Source: Macrostomum lignano (Eukaryota). From it: a stretch of 64,000 nucleotides of DNA. Within the stretch, counting starts at the first letter, position 1; each line of letters starts with the position of its first letter. The stretch spans positions 103,959 through 167,958 of the forward strand of contig NIVC01001983.1 in NCBI GenBank assembly GCA_002269645.1, in the 5' to 3' direction. The translations under genes and the position numbers were made by a program. Shown here piece by piece: positions 59,401 through 64,000 of this stretch. The notes under the pieces were generated by a model. The model was not told where the DNA came from. It did no database searches and was given only the letters and a program-made list of their open reading frames with translations.

Positions 59401-61857
59401 GACAATGGAGTCAGCTGTAGAATATTGATTGGAGTCACTCGTTGGACAGTATAGAATCTGTTAATCAGAAAGTTTTCTTACCCGCCTGACGCATAAATCA
59501 CCGCTCTAATGGGTGCTATGCATGACTATCCGTAGGATTTTTGCAAATACTACAGTTCTGCTAGAGTGTCTCTATATATAGTGTTGTCTAAGCTGAAGTA
59601 CTCAAGTCTATGCAGATGCAAATTTCACGGGTAACGAAGGTGCCACAATTCCTGACTCCCCTTCATTTTCATGTACACATGCATGCATGCATGTAGATCG
59701 ACTATGCTACTTAATGTATTCGAACATCGGATAGCCTCAAATGATTTAGATACAATTTTGACGGTACTTTTTTATCCGCATGGCTTGCGTGTCTTTGTAA
59801 TTCTGTGCCCGTTGCAAGCTCCAATTTTAGGATTTCATTTTCAGTTTTTAATAATCATTGTTAAGATGCGGCTACATTTATTTAGCTCGCATGCATTGTA
59901 GCGAAACGAGGGGACAGGATGCTGGATGTCGTGCAACTTTTCAGACGAAGCGCACACGTATTGCTACTCGATAGCACGTACTAGTGCTTGACAACATTTA
60001 ATTGATTTCGCCTTCGATTTCATCGATCAGATTATTTAATTCTAGCTCTAACAATATTGTTTGATTTTCGACCTGCAACCGTGACTCATTTATTGCGAAT
60101 GGTTTTGAGGAAATGCTGCGTAGTTTTATTGTGCAGTATACATAGTACATGTAATGTACATGTACGTACACTGCACGTATATGCTTAATTACAATCAGTG
60201 AGGCTTAATTGGATAGAAAAATGGTTCATTGTGTAAGCGAACAGCGATCAAAAAATACAGAAACTATACCTTTAAATTTAAGTACGATGCATGTAAGCAT
60301 GAGTACAATGTAAGAACTCGTAAAAATGCACTGTATGCATACATTCATGCACATGTACATGTAGAACTATTAAGTACATGGAAAATTACTATAATAAAGC
60401 CTATTTACATTTAAATAAGCTTTATTAGAGTTAAGATTGTCTTCCAGCTGCAAAATCAATCATTCCTACGAGTCTGCATTCTACCTGTAATAGCTCTGAT
60501 ACACGTGATTTACATAATTAATGAATGATATGCATGCGATTTTTAGCTCGACTTTAAGAACAGATTTGTTCTTTAATTTAATTTGACAATTTTTTGGGGC
60601 TTTATTACCATTAGGTCTGTAAAACAAAAAGTATTTTATAATATTTAATGCTTTTATATTTCTTGTGTCAGCTATAAGCTTTCTAGATTCATACAATAAA
60701 TTGAAAATTTAACGCTTTTTAAATGCTAAAATTCAATTCTTTATTGCTTGTAGTTTTCGATCTTGCAATAATTTAATCTAAAATAATTTAATTTATTCTA
60801 ATTCAAATTTCCCTTTCCTTAATTAGAATTTTGTAATTGTAATCCATATAACTAAAAATGTTCTGTCGGTAGGTAGGTATGTGGTTATGTGATCGATTTT
60901 AGCAAATTTATTATAATTCCAATTTCCGTCCAGCCCAATCTCATCAGATATTTTATGAACCTGACCTGATTTCTCTGCCTAAATAATACTTTTGTATCTA
61001 ATTTGTGTCTGTATCTAATAATTTCTGTTGTTTAAGTAGTTAAGTTCAATAAATATAATAAAATAAATCATTTAAAAGATTAAAATATAGGTTATTATAC
61101 TACTTACTAGGCCTAGCTACTTAGTTTTATTGGCTTTTACAAGCAAATTGTGTGTACCTTTCAGTTCATAATTCATAAGCTTAAAAACAACATGTGAGAG
61201 TACATTATGCTTGTCTAATGAGTTATGTTGTCAAATAGAATGCCCAAAAACTTGTTTATTATGTTATCATATTTATCTTATTTTAAAGCTTCTACATGTG
61301 TCCTTTACGAGCATATTCATTTAATTTTATTTACTTTAATATTCTACCCTATTACATTTTAACCTTTTCCTAAATGGCTTGCCAAAAAGTTTTAGAAAAA
61401 AGAATTAGTAGGCTCATTACTACTCATAGGCCTATGAAACTATATTGAAATTTGAAACTATATTTTTGTAAGGCTTGGTTTCGTTTGTATCAATTTCATA
61501 CTTTTCTTTTATCTATAAAATGTAATTAAAGATTTAGTTTTTTAATGTCTTGTAGATATTATAATTATATTATGAGTTCATATTTTATGACAATTTTTTG
61601 TTTCTTTATATGCAACTAAAATATAATTACTATGATCATGTCATAGCATAAATAATTTTTATTTGAATATCAAACAATTAAAAATGGGATCAACTATATC
61701 CCAAGCCCAAAATCACAAGATCCACAAAAGAAAATAAAATATAATCTCAAAATATTGAGATCCTATTTGACCTATATAGGATCTGTATATTGGATGCTAG
61801 TGTTAATACTATTATCCCAAAATCCTAAGATTAAAACAAAAATATTAAACCTAATCC

Positions 61858-62978
61858 TGACCACAGAATACCACAGAATGCTCAATTGATTAGTAGAATG
61901 CGTCTCGAATTAAAACACCATAGATGCCACTCTTCCTGTGAAGATTTATAAGTAGTTGTAACTATTTGATAACATTAAAGTAGCAGTTTACTGCTTTTGA
62001 GAGCTCCTAGAGCAGTCGATGTAATTGAAATTATGCGATTGTTATAAAACTTAAGTGGCAAGATCTTATGGTGGTTAACAATCACTCAACCAGTATTTGA
62101 TTCCATACCATATAAGCAAAAAACTGTAAACAATTTGACTTAAGAACAATAAAAGGTTCATAAATGGAAAGAATGTAGTACACTTCTGCAGCGCTTAAGT
62201 AAAAAAATTCAAAATTGAAAACAAGGTACTTGAGGATAAGGTTGAGGATCGTGAAGCGCAGCAGAAGCAGGACTCCAAGGGTCTGGCCGTGCCGACACAC
62301 TTTGAACTAACGGTGGCTTTCGTTTTCGTTCAACAGGAGCGTCCTTGTAAAGGTTCAATGCAGGATATGCACTGCTTAAAAGTCGCGTTCCCGGCTCGTG
62401 ACGTTGATTTGGGCAGGTGTACATATCATCCCTGAAGTGTAAACTGCACACAACCGCTCTCTTCCATTTGTGTTCGTTTGCTTTTCCTGCAGAAGGTCAG
62501 CTCGAAACAATCGCCGAGCCCAGTCTTCGCACCTGAAAGATGCAAGAGTTTGAACACTAAAGTGATTCTAAAATCAAAAAAGAAAACTCATACCACAGGA
62601 GTCAACTATGTGTTCTCTGAACTACATACTTGCACTGTCTCCAGAAGGAAATGCATGAAATCGCGTCAAATGCTGGCACTTGTAGGCATAGGAATTGCAG
62701 CCATAAGCTGCGCACTGGGCTCGAGATTTTTTCATGATAGCACCGCACTGCTCTTCGCCTTAGAATAAAAGAATGTTCGTTGATCTACGACGTATGATTA
62801 CTAAAAAAACAGAAGACAAAAATCACAAGCCCATGCGAGTGATTTCGTCTATGGTGATTCTTCTCCATACTACTTTCCCACAGCTTCACAGGAAGAGTAG
62901 CACAGAGCGAAAATAATTTCGCATTGAGATTTTTTCTTCAGGGTGGCAGAATGAGCATTCTGTGGTATTCTGTGATCC
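61858..62978 (-). mobile_element. Internally deleted THAP-domain DNA transposon remnant with interrupted inverted repeats
   Basis: Inverted blocks cacagaataccacagaatgctca (~61862 / ~62950-62975) and actcttcctgtgaag (~61929 / ~62884). THAP split into MKKSRAQCAAYGCN...FHAFP (62735-62630) and CEDWARRLFRADL...VVCSLHF...AYPALNL (from 62532). Confidence 0.7.
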
Positions 62979-63126
62979 TGAATTTTCTTCTCCACCCATG
63001 CAAGCCCTGATATTCAATAGCAAATCAATATTGCATTAAAAGTTCCATGGTATATGTTACACATAAAGCTGACTTTCAATGATCAACCATGTACAATGAA
63101 AATTGCTGCATGGGCAGCACTTGGCC

Positions 63127-64000
63127 ATGCTATCAGCTGTTCTTACCCGTGGCTCTTCTAAACTGGGCCGTCTAATTTCGAGCGCCAGTCAGTCACGATG
63201 CGGGCTCTGCACCTACGAGAACGTGGCCTCAACCGCCATGGTGTACGAGTCGGTGTTCCGCCAGTCCGTGCACAACCCCGAAGAGTTCTGGGCGGAGCAG
63301 GCCAGCAAGCTGTCGTGGAAAACAAAGTTCAACAAGGTGCTGGACCATCGGGACCCGGTGCGGCCGCGCTGGTTCACAGGCGGCGAGCTCAACACAGCCT
63401 ACAACTGCCTGGACAGGCACGTGGAGGACGGCTTCGGCGACCAGGTGATTTATTATACTGCGTGGACAGGCTTTCTGACCATAATTCGTCGAGGGTAATC
63501 AAGGAATGGGACCCCAAGATCCTGGGGGTTTCGGCGACCAGGCACAATTTCCCTTGTTACTTGCTCTTTGTCACTTGCTCTTTGTCACTTGCTCTTTGTA
63601 ACTTGCTCTTTGTCACTTGCTTCTTGTCACTTGCCACTTTTTTCTTGTCCCTTTGCTCCTTGTCACTTGTCACTTGGTTCTTGTCACTTGTATATTGTCA
63701 CTTGTTTCTTGCCTCTTGTTCCTTGTCAATTTCCTTCCCATCTATGCACAACACCTCACCCCAGGTGGCGTCATTCACGACTCGCCAGTCACTAAGTCGG
63801 TCAGCCGGATCACCTACGCGCAGCTGCTCGATCAGGTGGCCCGTTTCGCCGGCTACCTGGCCAAGGAGGGCGTCAAACGCGGCGATCGGGTGCTCATCTA
63901 CATGCCCATGGTGCCGGAGACCATGGTTGCTATGCTAGGCGCGGCCAGGCTCGGCGCAATTCACTCGCTAGTGTTTGGCGGCTTCGCTGCCAAGGAATTG
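63127..64000 (+). CDS. ACSS3: Acyl-CoA synthetase short-chain family 3 (propionyl-CoA synthetase-like), 5' part; continues beyond the right edge; apparent 1-nt frameshift at the start of exon 2
   Basis: Exon 1, 63127-63444 ([27 protein letters not shown]...GDQ). Exon 2 from 63765 (IHDSPVT...TYAQLLDQV...[13 protein letters not shown]...[17 protein letters not shown]). HSLVFGGFA and CLDRHV fit ACSS3/PrpE better than ACSS1/2. Confidence 0.88.
63545..63730. repeat. 14-bp minisatellite (ttgtcacttgctct) in ACSS3 intron 1
   Basis: Units at 63554, 63568 and 63582, decaying rightwards. Confidence 0.9.

Overview
Eukaryotic (metazoan) genomic DNA with spliceosomal GT-AG introns and no prokaryotic features. 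Minisatellite-filled introns, GC-rich exons and the flatworm-type neuroglian tail suggest a free-living flatworm such as Macrostomum (inference only). Host genes: (1) the 5' part of a Venus-flytrap/ANF-domain receptor running off the left edge; (2) a tandem pair of highly derived L1CAM/neuroglian-like type I membrane proteins, each with one ~2.6-kb exon plus a small terminal FIGEY/FIGDY exon missed by the ORF track; (3) a 3-exon TNF-superfamily ligand; (4) intronless MCEE; (5) 3-exon PPP6C; (6) a Cys-rich single-pass protein with three PY motifs; (7) the 5' part of ACSS3, with an apparent 1-nt frameshift. The rest is nested transposons and about 18 tandem-repeat arrays. These include a dead Gypsy element that has lost its own RNase H core but carries a LINE RNase H inserted in frame into its protease (the LINE is itself split by a solo LTR), a Crypton tyrosine-recombinase pseudogene next to a perfect 36-bp hairpin, hAT, Mutator-like and mariner-like non-autonomous elements, and a THAP remnant. 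All assignments come from manual reading, translation and motif recognition; no database searches were run.
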